Notes under the pieces: generated by a model
Database searches by the model: none
What the model saw: the letters and a program-made list of their open reading frames with translations, nothing else
What the model was told of the DNA's origin: nothing
DNA from: Fibrobacteria bacterium
GTDB lineage: Bacteria; Fibrobacterota; Fibrobacteria; UBA11236
Assembly (NCBI GenBank): GCA_050486505.1
Contig: JBJHDK010000053.1
Location: 1 to 16,623, forward strand
Length of the DNA: 16,623 nucleotides
Direction: 5' to 3'
Program-made: the position numbers and the translations under genes
In this document: positions 1 to 7,616 of the stretch, one piece after another
Layout of the letters: each line of letters begins with the position of its first letter
Numbering within the stretch: the first letter of the stretch is position 1

Positions 1-2
1 CT

Positions 3-500
3 TTTGCCCATGATCCGTCGCAGGACGCCTTGCGCGTGACGGTGGTTCCGGAGAAAGCGCCCCATCGGGAACGACTGGAGTTCGGTTTCGAAGCGATTCA
101 CGACGGGGGAGCAACCCTCTACCTGCACTGGGAGAAGCTCAAGGGCGCGCTCGCGATCACGTCGGAGTTCCTGGAAACAGCCAAGACCAACATCGAGTGG
201 GGCCTGCCGAACGCCCGCCCCGACGACCCGTTCGCGTGGCTGCATTCGGCGCGCTTTTACTGGGAGCATGACATCGACCGGGTGAAGGCGCTGGAATGGG
301 TCGATCGTTCCATTGCGATCCGTCCTGTGTTCGGTAACCTGTGGGCGAAGGCGCAATGGCTGGCGGAGTCGGGGAATTACACCGAGGCGCTCAACACCGG
401 GAATCAGGCGCGGCTGGCGGCGGAGGGCGACCCGAACACGGCGTCGCAGCTTCCGATGATCGACGCGGCGCTCAAGGAGTGGGCGAAGCCGAAGCGGTAG
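3..500 (+). CDS. DUF2911-domain protein with C-terminal TPR-like helices, 5'-partial (runs off the window start)
   Basis: Frame is open from position 3: FAHDPSQDALRVTVVPEKAPHRERLEFGF...LYLHWEKL resembles the DUF2911 C-terminal segment (D..RV.V.P.....E.L.F.F......L.L.WE). It is followed by TPR-like ALEWVDRSIAI..F.NLWAKAQWLAESGNY.EA. Stop TAG at 498-500. Confidence 0.75.
   Translation, partial: FAHDPSQDALRVTVVPEKAPHRERLEFGFEAIHDGGATLYLHWEKLKGALAITSEFLETAKTNIEWGLPNARPDDPFAWLHSARFYWEHDIDRVKALEWVDRSIAIRPVFGNLWAKAQWLAESGNYTEALNTGNQARLAAEGDPNTASQLPMIDAALKEWAKPKR
436..488 (+). repeat. 53-bp direct repeat, copy 1 (inside the 3' end of the DUF2911 gene)
   Basis: acacggcgtcgcagcttccgatgatcgacgcggcgctcaaggagtgggcgaag; matches 1503-1555 at 52/53 positions (G443 vs A1510). 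Confidence 0.97.
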
Positions 501-549
501 CAAATGCAAGCGATGAAGTGACCTCTGATTTCTTCGAGAAAGGACTTTT

Positions 550-1494
550 ATGCGTTATATGCGCTACTCAAGCCTGATGACGGCCTTGGTTGTCGTGGGC
601 TGCGCTTCTTCCATTCATAGGGACTCAGGCTTCACTTCCTCCAGAGTATCGAACAGTGCGGTATTCCTGGCCATTCCAGGGGATCTTGATGTTGCCGAAT
701 CAGACTTGTTCGATCAAAACTGGGCTGAGACGCATGGTGTTGCCGTCGATAACGCAAAGAGCTTTTTTTCCGAGATTTTTCACATCGCGCTTAATGATTT
801 CATGGTAGATGGCCTGCTTCTTCAAAGTGCGTATCAAGGAAGCGGGTACACGGGCTTTGAGGAGATTCCGATTCGAACAGTAGAGGGCTCCAAGGATACG
901 CTTGTACGGAGGGGAACCTGGAATGCCGGAGAGAGTCGCTGGGACAGCGTCTGGGTGTCTTCATCCACAGCGAATCACGTGGTCTATACTTACTTTCGCC
1001 CCGAAGATGACCTCGTCAGGGATCATGACCATGATCCGGATATCTCAATCACGCTAAGCAACCTGGCCTTCTCTTCGGCAGTTTACAAGGACGGGCCATT
1101 CGGAAGCCGGAGTTTCACGCGTACGAAACGCGAAGGATTTGACTGGGCAACACTTGAGTTTTTTTGTGCATGGGTTGAACTTCCGCTCACAGCCCGATAT
1201 CTGATTTGGGATCACAAGAACAGGCTGGTGCTCAGGGCCGGTAATTTAACCGTAACGGGAACCGGAACCAGAGGATGCGAAGTCAGTCGGGATCATTGGA
1301 CTTCTGCTATTGAGGCGCTTGCTCGGGAAATCGTAAGGGGTACGCCGCTACATGATAACCGAATTCCGCAGTACCACGATCCCGCTGAGGAGCGAGCGCG
1401 GCAGCATGCACATGGAAAGACTACGGAGACATTAATCAGGGAATACTTGCGTGGTCTTCAGCTTGAAAAACAGGAACGTGACCAGGAACGCTGA
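550..1494 (+). CDS. Hypothetical lipoprotein, compositionally foreign
   Basis: 314-aa ORF with SD-like aagga at about 540-544. N-terminus MRYMRYSSLMTALVVVGC has a basic tip, a hydrophobic stretch and a lipobox-like VVGC. Hand counts of sample lines give 28/60 and 32/60 GC versus 41/60 in the upstream gene. Start could be the second Met (559). Confidence 0.7.
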   Translation: MRYMRYSSLMTALVVVGCASSIHRDSGFTSSRVSNSAVFLAIPGDLDVAESDLFDQNWAETHGVAVDNAKSFFSEIFHIALNDFMVDGLLLQSAYQGSGYTGFEEIPIRTVEGSKDTLVRRGTWNAGESRWDSVWVSSSTANHVVYTYFRPEDDLVRDHDHDPDISITLSNLAFSSAVYKDGPFGSRSFTRTKREGFDWATLEFFCAWVELPLTARYLIWDHKNRLVLRAGNLTVTGTGTRGCEVSRDHWTSAIEALAREIVRGTPLHDNRIPQYHDPAEERARQHAHGKTTETLIREYLRGLQLEKQERDQER

Positions 1495-1502
1495 GCGGAT
1501 TC

Positions 1503-1555
1503 ACACGGCATCGCAGCTTCCGATGATCGACGCGGCGCTCAAGGAGTGGGCGAAG
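1503..1555 (+). repeat. 53-bp direct repeat, copy 2 (displaced 3' end of the DUF2911 gene, continuing in frame as G-R-E-stop to 1567)
   Basis: acacggcatcgcagcttccgatgatcgacgcggcgctcaaggagtgggcgaag then gga cgg gaa tag. Confidence 0.97.
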
Positions 1556-1576
1556 GGACGGGAATAGGCGGGTGCC

Positions 1577-2689
1577 CTAAACGCCCGCTTCCCGGATTTC
1601 TCCTCCGTCAGTGCTTCCCGGCAGCACTCCGCCCACCACCGCGCGGGTTTTCGGCAGCGCAGCGGGATAGTCGCGCTGCACGAACTCCACGATCTTCTCC
1701 CGCAACCAGCAGCGCAAATCCCACGCCTTTCCGGCATCGGCCGCGCTGACCAACAGGCGCAACTCCAGCACGTCGGGCCGGCTGTCGGTCACTTGCAGGC
1801 CGCACACCTTCCCGTCCCACAGGGGAGAGGTCTTCACCAGTCGCTCCGTCTCCGTGCGCACCGCCTCCACCGGGATGGTGTAATCGGTGTAGAGGAACAC
1901 CGTTCCCAGGATGTCCGCCGAGACGCGCGTCCAGTTCTGGAACGGCTGCTCGATGAAATAGGTGATGGGAAGTACCAGCCGACGCAGATCCCAGATGCGC
2001 ACCACGACATAGGTCAACGTGATTTCCTCCACGCGGCCCCACTCGTTCTCCACGATCACCACGTCATCGAGGCGGATCGGTTGCGTGATGGCGATCTGGA
2101 TTCCGGCCAGCAGGGTCGCAATGCTTTTCTGCGCCGCCAGGCCGATGATGATGCCCGCGATGCCCGCCGACGCCAGCAGGCTGACGCCCACCTGGCGGAT
2201 GCCCTCGAAGGTCATCAGCATGAACGACACCGAGGCGATGGCCACCACGGTGAGCAGCACTTTCTCGAGAACCTGGATTTGCGTGTAAACCTTTCTCGCC
2301 TGCAGGTTGTCGCTGACCGTGACATCGTGGCGCGACAACAGGAAGTCGCGCATCAGGCGGATCAGGTTCACGAAGAGGTATGACACCGATCCGATGAACA
2401 GAAGGCTGGCGGCATGGTTGAGGATGGCCAGCGGTTGCTCCGACATGCGCAGCGACGGCGCGACCATGTTCAGGATCAGCAGGGGAAACAGCAGCCGGCT
2501 GGGATTGCGTGCGTATTGCAGGGCCTTTGGGCCCCACACGCCTCCGGTTTTCGCGGCGACGCGCCCGAGGATCCAGAACAAGGCGCCGTGGATGAGGTAC
2601 CCGGCTGCGAAGGCGGCGACCAGAAGGCCGGCCGAGACGGTCACATCACGCCAGGCATCCAGTTCCATCAGGGTGTTCAGGTATTCCAT
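1577..2689 (-). CDS. mscS: Small-conductance mechanosensitive channel (MscS family)
   Basis: Several N-terminal TM helices, then SLLASAGIAGIIIGLAAQKSIATLLAGIQIAITQPIRLDDVVIVENEWGRVEEITLTYVVVRIWDLRRLVLP..YF...PFQNWTR, the typical MscS TM3/beta domain. SD agaaagga precedes the ATG. Confidence 0.95.
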   Translation of the reverse strand: MEYLNTLMELDAWRDVTVSAGLLVAAFAAGYLIHGALFWILGRVAAKTGGVWGPKALQYARNPSRLLFPLLILNMVAPSLRMSEQPLAILNHAASLLFIGSVSYLFVNLIRLMRDFLLSRHDVTVSDNLQARKVYTQIQVLEKVLLTVVAIASVSFMLMTFEGIRQVGVSLLASAGIAGIIIGLAAQKSIATLLAGIQIAITQPIRLDDVVIVENEWGRVEEITLTYVVVRIWDLRRLVLPITYFIEQPFQNWTRVSADILGTVFLYTDYTIPVEAVRTETERLVKTSPLWDGKVCGLQVTDSRPDVLELRLLVSAADAGKAWDLRCWLREKIVEFVQRDYPAALPKTRAVVGGVLPGSTDGGEIREAGV

Positions 2690-2732
2690 GGGCTATTCCT
2701 TTCTCGTGATGCGCAGGCGGGGGACTTGCTTC

Positions 2733-2760
2733 AGTGTAACAAGCCCTTCGGGACAGTCAA
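2733..2760 (-). promoter_or_regulatory. Candidate sigma70 promoter for mscS
   Basis: Minus strand TTGACT (2760-2755), 16-nt spacer, then TACACT (2738-2733) preceded by TGn (extended -10). It lies between the fbaA terminator and the mscS SD. Confidence 0.5.
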
Positions 2761-2806
2761 CCCGGAGTCCCCGCGCGAAGCCGGGACATCGAAGGATACC
2801 CCAATC

Positions 2807-2840
2807 AAAAACCCTCCCCGGTGCATCCGGAGAGGGTTTT
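2807..2840 (-). terminator. Intrinsic terminator after fbaA
   Basis: Minus strand aaaaccctctccgg-atgca-ccggggagggttttt: a long stem with one G.U pair ending in a U-run, about 20 nt downstream of the fbaA stop. Confidence 0.85.
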
Positions 2841-2861
2841 CTGCAAGCTGTGCGCCAAGCT

Positions 2862-3887
2862 CTAAGCCTTGTGCAGCGTCTTTCCGCTGGAGTTCAGGTC
2901 GTCACAGGCTTCCTTGATGCGCTGGGCCATGCCCTTCTCGCCCAACTTCAGGAAGGCGCGCGGATCGTAGGCCTTCTTGTTGCCCACTTCACCGTCGATC
3001 TTCAACATGCCGTCGTAGTTCTTGAAGACATGGTCGACAACGGGACGCGAGAATGCGTACTGGGTGTCGGTGTCCACGTTCATCTTGATCACGCCGTAAT
3101 CGAGCGTCTCGTGGATCTCTTCCTTGGTCGAGCCCGAGCCGCCGTGGAACACGAGGTCGAAGCGCGCGTTGTACTTCTTCTTGAGCGCGTCCTGGCCGTC
3201 CTTGAGGATGGTCGGCTTGAGCTTGACGTTGCCGGGTTTGTACACGCCGTGCACGTTTCCGAACGTAGCGGCGAACATGTAGCGGCCGCCGATGCTGTTC
3301 AGGGCCTCGTACACGCCGAGCATGTCCTCGGGGGTGGTGTAGAGCTTTTCGGCGGGCGCGTTCTCGTTGCTGACGCCGTCCTCTTCGCCGCCGACCACGC
3401 CGGCTTCGACCTCGAGGATGATCTCGTTCTCGGCGCAGAGCTTCATCAGCTCCTTGGCGATCTTCATGTTCTCTTCGAGCGGAAGCTCGGAACCGTCGAA
3501 CATGTGGCTGTTGAAGAGGTTGGGCAAACCGGCGGCGCGGCGGCGGGCGGTTTCCGCGATGAGGGGCTTCATGAAGCTGTCGACCTTGTTCGGCTGGCAG
3601 TGGTCTGTGTGCAGGGCGATGCGCACGGGGTAGTGCTTGGCCATGCGGTGCACGTGCTCGGCCACCGAAATCGCGCCCTCGACCATGTCCTTGACGTAGG
3701 AGCCGGAAGCGTGCGCGCCGCCGCCGTGCGAGAGCTGGATGATACCGTCGGACTTGGCCTCGGCGAAGCCGAGCAGGGCCGCGTTGGCGGTCTCGATGTT
3801 GGAGACGTTGATGGCGGGGTAGGCGTATTTGTTCTTGTTCGCCGAGTCCAGCATTTCGCAATATTCTTTGTAGTTGACGACGGGCAT
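2862..3887 (-). CDS. fbaA: Class II fructose-bisphosphate aldolase
   Basis: YAYPAINV, ALHTDHC, FNSHMFDGSELPLEEN, LEVEAGVVGGEEDG, FGNVHGVYKPGNVKL, LVFHGGSGS, KMNVDTDTQ, NKKAYDPR. SD ccaggag; strongly biased high-expression codon usage. Confidence 0.97.
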   Translation of the reverse strand: MPVVNYKEYCEMLDSANKNKYAYPAINVSNIETANAALLGFAEAKSDGIIQLSHGGGAHASGSYVKDMVEGAISVAEHVHRMAKHYPVRIALHTDHCQPNKVDSFMKPLIAETARRRAAGLPNLFNSHMFDGSELPLEENMKIAKELMKLCAENEIILEVEAGVVGGEEDGVSNENAPAEKLYTTPEDMLGVYEALNSIGGRYMFAATFGNVHGVYKPGNVKLKPTILKDGQDALKKKYNARFDLVFHGGSGSTKEEIHETLDYGVIKMNVDTDTQYAFSRPVVDHVFKNYDGMLKIDGEVGNKKAYDPRAFLKLGEKGMAQRIKEACDDLNSSGKTLHKA

Positions 3888-3959
3888 GAATGCTCCTGGT
3901 TTCTGGCCTTCTTGAGGTCGTTTCGGGGGGCTTTTGGGAGCGTGACAAGGTAGAAACAG

Positions 3960-4190
3960 GGGGGGAGATGCTCAATGGACAGGGGAAAATGGACAATACA
4001 ACAATACAGCAATAGAACAATGCAACAAAGGGGTAATGGGATGGGGCCGACTAGGACTGAATAGGGGACAGGGGGCCACCTAAGAAGTACCGAATGCTAA
4101 GGCCGAGAATGCGGGTAAGGCTCCATTGCTCTATTGCTGTACTGCGGTATTGACCTGCCCCATTTCCCCCTTCCCCCTTCCTATTTTCCG
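3960..4190. repeat. Inverted-repeat structure built from short 7-8-nt tandem units in the divergent fbaA/xseA intergenic region
   Basis: 3994-4022 caatacaacaatacagcaatagaacaatg versus the reverse complement of 4124-4152 caataccgcagtacagcaatagagcaatg (25/29; octamer unit ~CAATACAG). Flanked by purine-rich heptamers on the left (aatggac aggggaa aatggac) and pyrimidine-rich heptamers on the right (ttccccc ttccccc ttcctat tttcc). Confidence 0.8.
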
Positions 4191-4194
4191 GCCC

Positions 4195-5610
4195 ATGTCC
4201 GAATTGATCGATTCCCTGTTGGCCAAGGCCGGTGCCGATGGCGGTTCCGGAGAGGGTGGCGCGGCGGGCGGGGAACGGAAGTCCTACACCGTCGAGCAGT
4301 ACAACCGCGCGGTCGAGAAGCGGATGAAGGAGTTTCCCAAGACCTGGGTCAAGGGCGTGCTCACCCAGGTCGATGCCCGCGGCAAGGCCGTGTACATGAC
4401 GTTGGCCGACTTCGCAGAGGGCGACGCCCGGCCCAAGGCGGTGCTCAGCGTGATGATGTGGGCGTGGGATTTCGACGCCTTTTCGGCCCGGTTCGCGCAG
4501 CTTCCGACTCCCTTCGAGATCCGCACCGAGCTCAAGGTGTCCTTTCTGCTCGAATCGAGCTTCTATGTTCCGACAGGACGGTTTCAACCCAAAGTTGTTG
4601 ATGTCGATGAGTCCTTTACTTTAGGCGAGTTGGCACGGACACGTCAGAAAATTCTTGAAACCCTGCGCCGCGAAGGCTTGCTGGAACGGAACAAGCAGAG
4701 GGTTCTCTCCGAGGTCCCCCTGCGCATCGGGCTCGTGTCGGCGCGCGGTTCCGCGGCCTTCCAGGACTTTACCACCGTCCTGCTGGCCTCGGGATATTCC
4801 TTCGACATCGTCTTCGCCGAAGCGCGCATGCAGGGGCAGGCCACGGAAGACACGGTCACCGCCGCCATCGCCTCTCTATCAAGGGAATCCCTTGACGTCA
4901 TTTGCGTGGTGCGAGGCGGTGGCTCCAAGACGGATCTGGTGTTCTTCGATTCGGAGAAGATCTGCCGTGCGATCGCGACTTGCCCTGTTCCCGTGCTCAC
5001 AGGCATCGGCCATGAAATCGATCGCTCTCTGGCTGATATTGTCGCGTATCAGGATTTGCTGACGCCGACGGATTGCGCGAAGTTTCTCGAGGGGTTGGCC
5101 GAGGATGCCTGGAACGCCGTCGTCCGCACGGCTGCCGGTCTCAGGGAGGCTTGGGAGTCCGCCCGACGTGACGAAGGCGAACGTATCGTGCGCAGCGCGG
5201 GTCGCGTGCGTGTTGCCTGGGATGCCCGTGCGCGCCGCGAAGACCAGACGCAGCGCGAGATCCTTCGGGGGGTGATTCATGCAACCCATCGATTTTTCAG
5301 GAGTTGCAAGGAAAAGGTTCAGCTTGATACCGTGGGTTTGCAGCGCGGTCCCGGGAAGATCGTACGTGTGGAGCGGGTGGGGCTCGACCTCAAGGAGCGC
5401 TTGCTTCAGGCCTCGGATCCGGTGGCCTTGCTGAAGCGTGGCTTCGCCCAGGTCGTGACGGCATCGGGCAACTGGTTGCGTGCGGCAAGCGATGCGAAGC
5501 CCGGAGATGCCGTGCGTATCCGGTTGGCTGATGGCATTTTGGACGCCCGGGTCGAATCGGTCGAAGCAGTCGAAACAACGGAACCCAAAGATTCCAGGGA
5601 GACACAATGA
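4195..5610 (+). CDS. xseA: Exodeoxyribonuclease VII large subunit
   Basis: N-terminal OB-fold (YTVEQYN...WVKG...VYMTLAD), GELA...L..EGL...K, RIGLVSARGSAAFQDF, MQG, DVICVVRGGGSKTDL..FD, PVLTGIGHEIDRSLAD.VA....TPT, C-terminal LKRGFA...I.LADG. Start placed at ATG 4195 because the track's upstream extension runs through the repeat. Confidence 0.95.
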   Translation: MSELIDSLLAKAGADGGSGEGGAAGGERKSYTVEQYNRAVEKRMKEFPKTWVKGVLTQVDARGKAVYMTLADFAEGDARPKAVLSVMMWAWDFDAFSARFAQLPTPFEIRTELKVSFLLESSFYVPTGRFQPKVVDVDESFTLGELARTRQKILETLRREGLLERNKQRVLSEVPLRIGLVSARGSAAFQDFTTVLLASGYSFDIVFAEARMQGQATEDTVTAAIASLSRESLDVICVVRGGGSKTDLVFFDSEKICRAIATCPVPVLTGIGHEIDRSLADIVAYQDLLTPTDCAKFLEGLAEDAWNAVVRTAAGLREAWESARRDEGERIVRSAGRVRVAWDARARREDQTQREILRGVIHATHRFFRSCKEKVQLDTVGLQRGPGKIVRVERVGLDLKERLLQASDPVALLKRGFAQVVTASGNWLRAASDAKPGDAVRIRLADGILDARVESVEAVETTEPKDSRETQ

Positions 5611-5861
5611 GCAAGGAAAAAGTCCCGACCTCCGATGCGTCGGATTTGAGTTACACCGAGGCCATCAAGCGCCTCGACGATATCCTGGAGGACATCGACC
5701 AAAGCCGCGTGCCCATCGACGCGCTGGCCGGTCGTGTGGTCGAAGCCGCGGCTTTGCTGAAGCGTTGCAAGAGCGTGTTGACCGAGACCGAAGCCAAGGT
5801 GCGCGACGTGCTGCAGGAGCTGGAGGGGGATTTTGGGGAGGACGGGGAAAAGGATCTGTAA
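5607..5861 (+). CDS. xseB: Exodeoxyribonuclease VII small subunit
   Basis: LSYTEAIKRLDDILEDID...VPIDALA..V.EAAALLKRCKSVLTETEAKV; ATGA overlap with the xseA stop. Confidence 0.93.
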   Translation: MSKEKVPTSDASDLSYTEAIKRLDDILEDIDQSRVPIDALAGRVVEAAALLKRCKSVLTETEAKVRDVLQELEGDFGEDGEKDL

Positions 5862-5886
5862 GGGCGAGCCGCGGCTCGCCCTTACA
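5857..5886. repeat. REP-like perfect 30-bp palindrome containing the xseB stop codon
   Basis: tgtaagggcgagccg|cggctcgcccttaca; TAA at 5859-5861. Confidence 0.9.
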
Positions 5887-5906
5887 CGTTTGGATCGGCC
5901 ACCCTC

Positions 5907-6416
5907 ATGGACACGATCGCCCCCATCGTCGCCGACGTCTTTGGACTGACGTGCCGCGAGTATGCCGCCCTGCGCTGCACCGCCTATCGCTGGGGTGTGC
6001 TGGCTCCCGAGGCGATCGATATCCTGCGCCGTGCTCGCGACGAGGTTTGGTCGATGGAAAAGCTGGCCGAGCATTTGAACGCCCCCGTCACCGAGGCGCG
6101 GGATCGTTACCGGAGGTTTCTCATGTCCGAGAAAGTCAACGCGGGCGGCGCGACGCCCGATCGCATTCATGTGCTGTTCCGCGAGTGGCTCGAGCCTTTC
6201 GAGTCCAATGAGCGCAAGCGCAGGGAGTTTGCGAACGACTTGGCGCGCCTGCTTTCGAGTCAGTTGCACGCCGCGGCCGAGGCAGGGGAGACGCTGGCGG
6301 ATGTGATCGATTCACTGGAGAACTCAGGAGGCGGGGGGCCGGTTTCCGGGCGTCCCTCCGCCGGGGATCCCGATGCGGGCGACCGCCTTGCCTGGGGCCC
6401 GCAGTGGAAGGATTAG
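5907..6416 (+). CDS. Hypothetical protein, helical, possible HTH
   Basis: 169-aa ORF with host-like codon usage directly after xseB. Segment WSMEKLAEHLNAPVTEARDRYRRF has an HTH-like pattern. Confidence 0.7.
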   Translation: MDTIAPIVADVFGLTCREYAALRCTAYRWGVLAPEAIDILRRARDEVWSMEKLAEHLNAPVTEARDRYRRFLMSEKVNAGGATPDRIHVLFREWLEPFESNERKRREFANDLARLLSSQLHAAAEAGETLADVIDSLENSGGGGPVSGRPSAGDPDAGDRLAWGPQWKD

Positions 6417-6441
6417 CCCCCCGCCCCCGGGGGGGGGGGGG
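6417..6441. terminator. C-rich/G-rich hairpin after the hypothetical gene (possible terminator between convergent genes)
   Basis: ccccccgccccc followed by a G homopolymer; no clear U-tract, and the homopolymer length may be unreliable. Confidence 0.3.
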
Positions 6442-6503
6442 AAGTCGGTCGTTTGAGTCGGTAGACGGTACCTGGCAGACCCTCGGCGCGGACACGGAAC
6501 TGT

Positions 6504-7424
6504 TTACGGAGAACTCAGGATCGTGCCGGCGTTACCCACGGCGACAAGCCGCGTTCCCGTCGAGATGACGGAGCGCAACGTGGCCGATGTTCCGGATTCC
6601 CGCTGTGTCCACGTGATGCCGTCCGGGGAGGTCAAAACGGTCCCGGCTCCTCCCACGGCGACGAGTCGCGTACCCGTCCACGTCACGGATTGCAAGGTCG
6701 CCGAAGTACCGGATTCCCGCTGTGTCCACGTGACGCCGTCCGGGGAGGTTAAAACGGTCCCGGCTCCTCCCGCGGCGACGAGTCGTGTTCCCGTCCACGT
6801 CACGGATCGCAAGGTCGCCGAAGTTCCGGATTCCCGTTGTGTCCATGTGACACCGTTCGGTGAGGTCATCACAGCGCCGGAAAACCCCACGGCGACGAAT
6901 TGCGTTCCGGCCCACGTCACAGAATAAAACCAAGGCAATGAGGTGGATATCCGTTGCGTCCATGTGACACCGTCCGACGAGGTCAAGACAGCACCGCCCA
7001 CGACGACGTGTTGGGTTCCATTCCATGCCACGGAGTAAAATGCCAGCGAGCTTGCGGCCCTGCGTTCGATCCAGGTAATGCCGTCCGATGAGGAGAAAAT
7101 GGCGGACGCGATGCCGACGATTTGCGTCTCGGCCCACGTCACGGATTGAAACCCCGTACCCGAGATTCCGGACACTTGCTCCGTCCAGGTGATGCCGTCC
7201 GGGGAGGTCAGGACTGCACCGTATGCGGTTCCTCCCACGGCAACGAGTTGGGTTCCGGTCCAGGCCACGGAGGCCAAATCCGCCGAGGTTCCGGACGTGT
7301 GTTGTGTCCATTGAACTCCCGTGGAATCCCCGGATGAAGCTTTTCCCGAGCCGCCATCGAAGAGGCAGCCGGAAAAAACCAGGCAACCCGCAAGGATTGT
7401 CGGGGAAAATTTCGCTGTCATCAT
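6504..7424 (-). CDS. Lipoprotein with seven ~39-aa Asp-box/BNR-like repeats (predicted 7-bladed beta-propeller)
   Basis: Signal peptide with lipobox-like FSGC and a G/S linker, then 7 repeats of TWTQRESGTSATL.SVTWTGTRLVAVGGAGTVLTSPDG containing the S-x-D-G-x-T-W Asp-box-like motif. Confidence 0.85.
   Translation of the reverse strand: MMTAKFSPTILAGCLVFSGCLFDGGSGKASSGDSTGVQWTQHTSGTSADLASVAWTGTQLVAVGGTAYGAVLTSPDGITWTEQVSGISGTGFQSVTWAETQIVGIASAIFSSSDGITWIERRAASSLAFYSVAWNGTQHVVVGGAVLTSSDGVTWTQRISTSLPWFYSVTWAGTQFVAVGFSGAVMTSPNGVTWTQRESGTSATLRSVTWTGTRLVAAGGAGTVLTSPDGVTWTQRESGTSATLQSVTWTGTRLVAVGGAGTVLTSPDGITWTQRESGTSATLRSVISTGTRLVAVGNAGTILSSP
6510..6990 (-). repeat. 117-bp coding tandem repeat
   Basis: Anchor tg(t/c)gtcca(c/t)gtga recurs at 6604, 6721, 6838 and 6955 (period 117). 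The copies at 6604-6720 and 6721-6837 are nearly identical. Confidence 0.93.
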
Positions 7425-7457
7425 ATGCGAAGGGAGTCCTGTCCCATCGAAGTTACC

Positions 7458-7486
7458 GTGACAGTTTTAGTTTGTGTGACAGTTTT
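7458..7486. promoter_or_regulatory. 11-bp direct repeat upstream of the propeller lipoprotein (candidate regulator site)
   Basis: gtgacagtttt at 7458-7468 and 7476-7486 (period 18), next to an AT-rich tract (7483-7500). Confidence 0.4.
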
Positions 7487-7616
7487 TAAAAAATAAATTA
7501 CGGGAGTCGTGATATTCCGGCCCCGGTTCGCCGTACCGGATCTCCGTCGCGATGATGCAGGACTCGCGCATTGCCGCAAGCGCCCTGAATTCCGGGCCTG
7601 ACACGCAAAGTCCTCG

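Noticed and set aside
436..1567. DGR template/variable-repeat pair
   Set aside because: Only 53 bp with one mismatch; the differences after the repeat are not adenine-specific; no reverse transcriptase or Avd gene in the window.
2307..3953. 548-aa + strand ORF, and other long antisense or alternate-frame ORFs (e.g. 10509-12104, 12108-13166, 13311-14306, 5406-6269)
   Set aside because: Shadow ORFs of well-supported genes, expected in high-GC DNA with strong codon bias; no recognisable motifs.
4195..6416. xseAB plus hypothetical as a retron or anti-phage module
   Set aside because: No reverse transcriptase, msr/msd-like RNA or effector; xseAB look like the ordinary housekeeping pair.
6429..6441. 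Poly-G phase-variation tract or G-quadruplex
   Set aside because: Intergenic between convergent genes and paired with an adjacent C-run as a hairpin; slippage would not alter a frame or promoter.
6510..6990. CRISPR array
   Set aside because: The repeats are contiguous 117-bp in-frame coding units without unique spacers; no cas genes.
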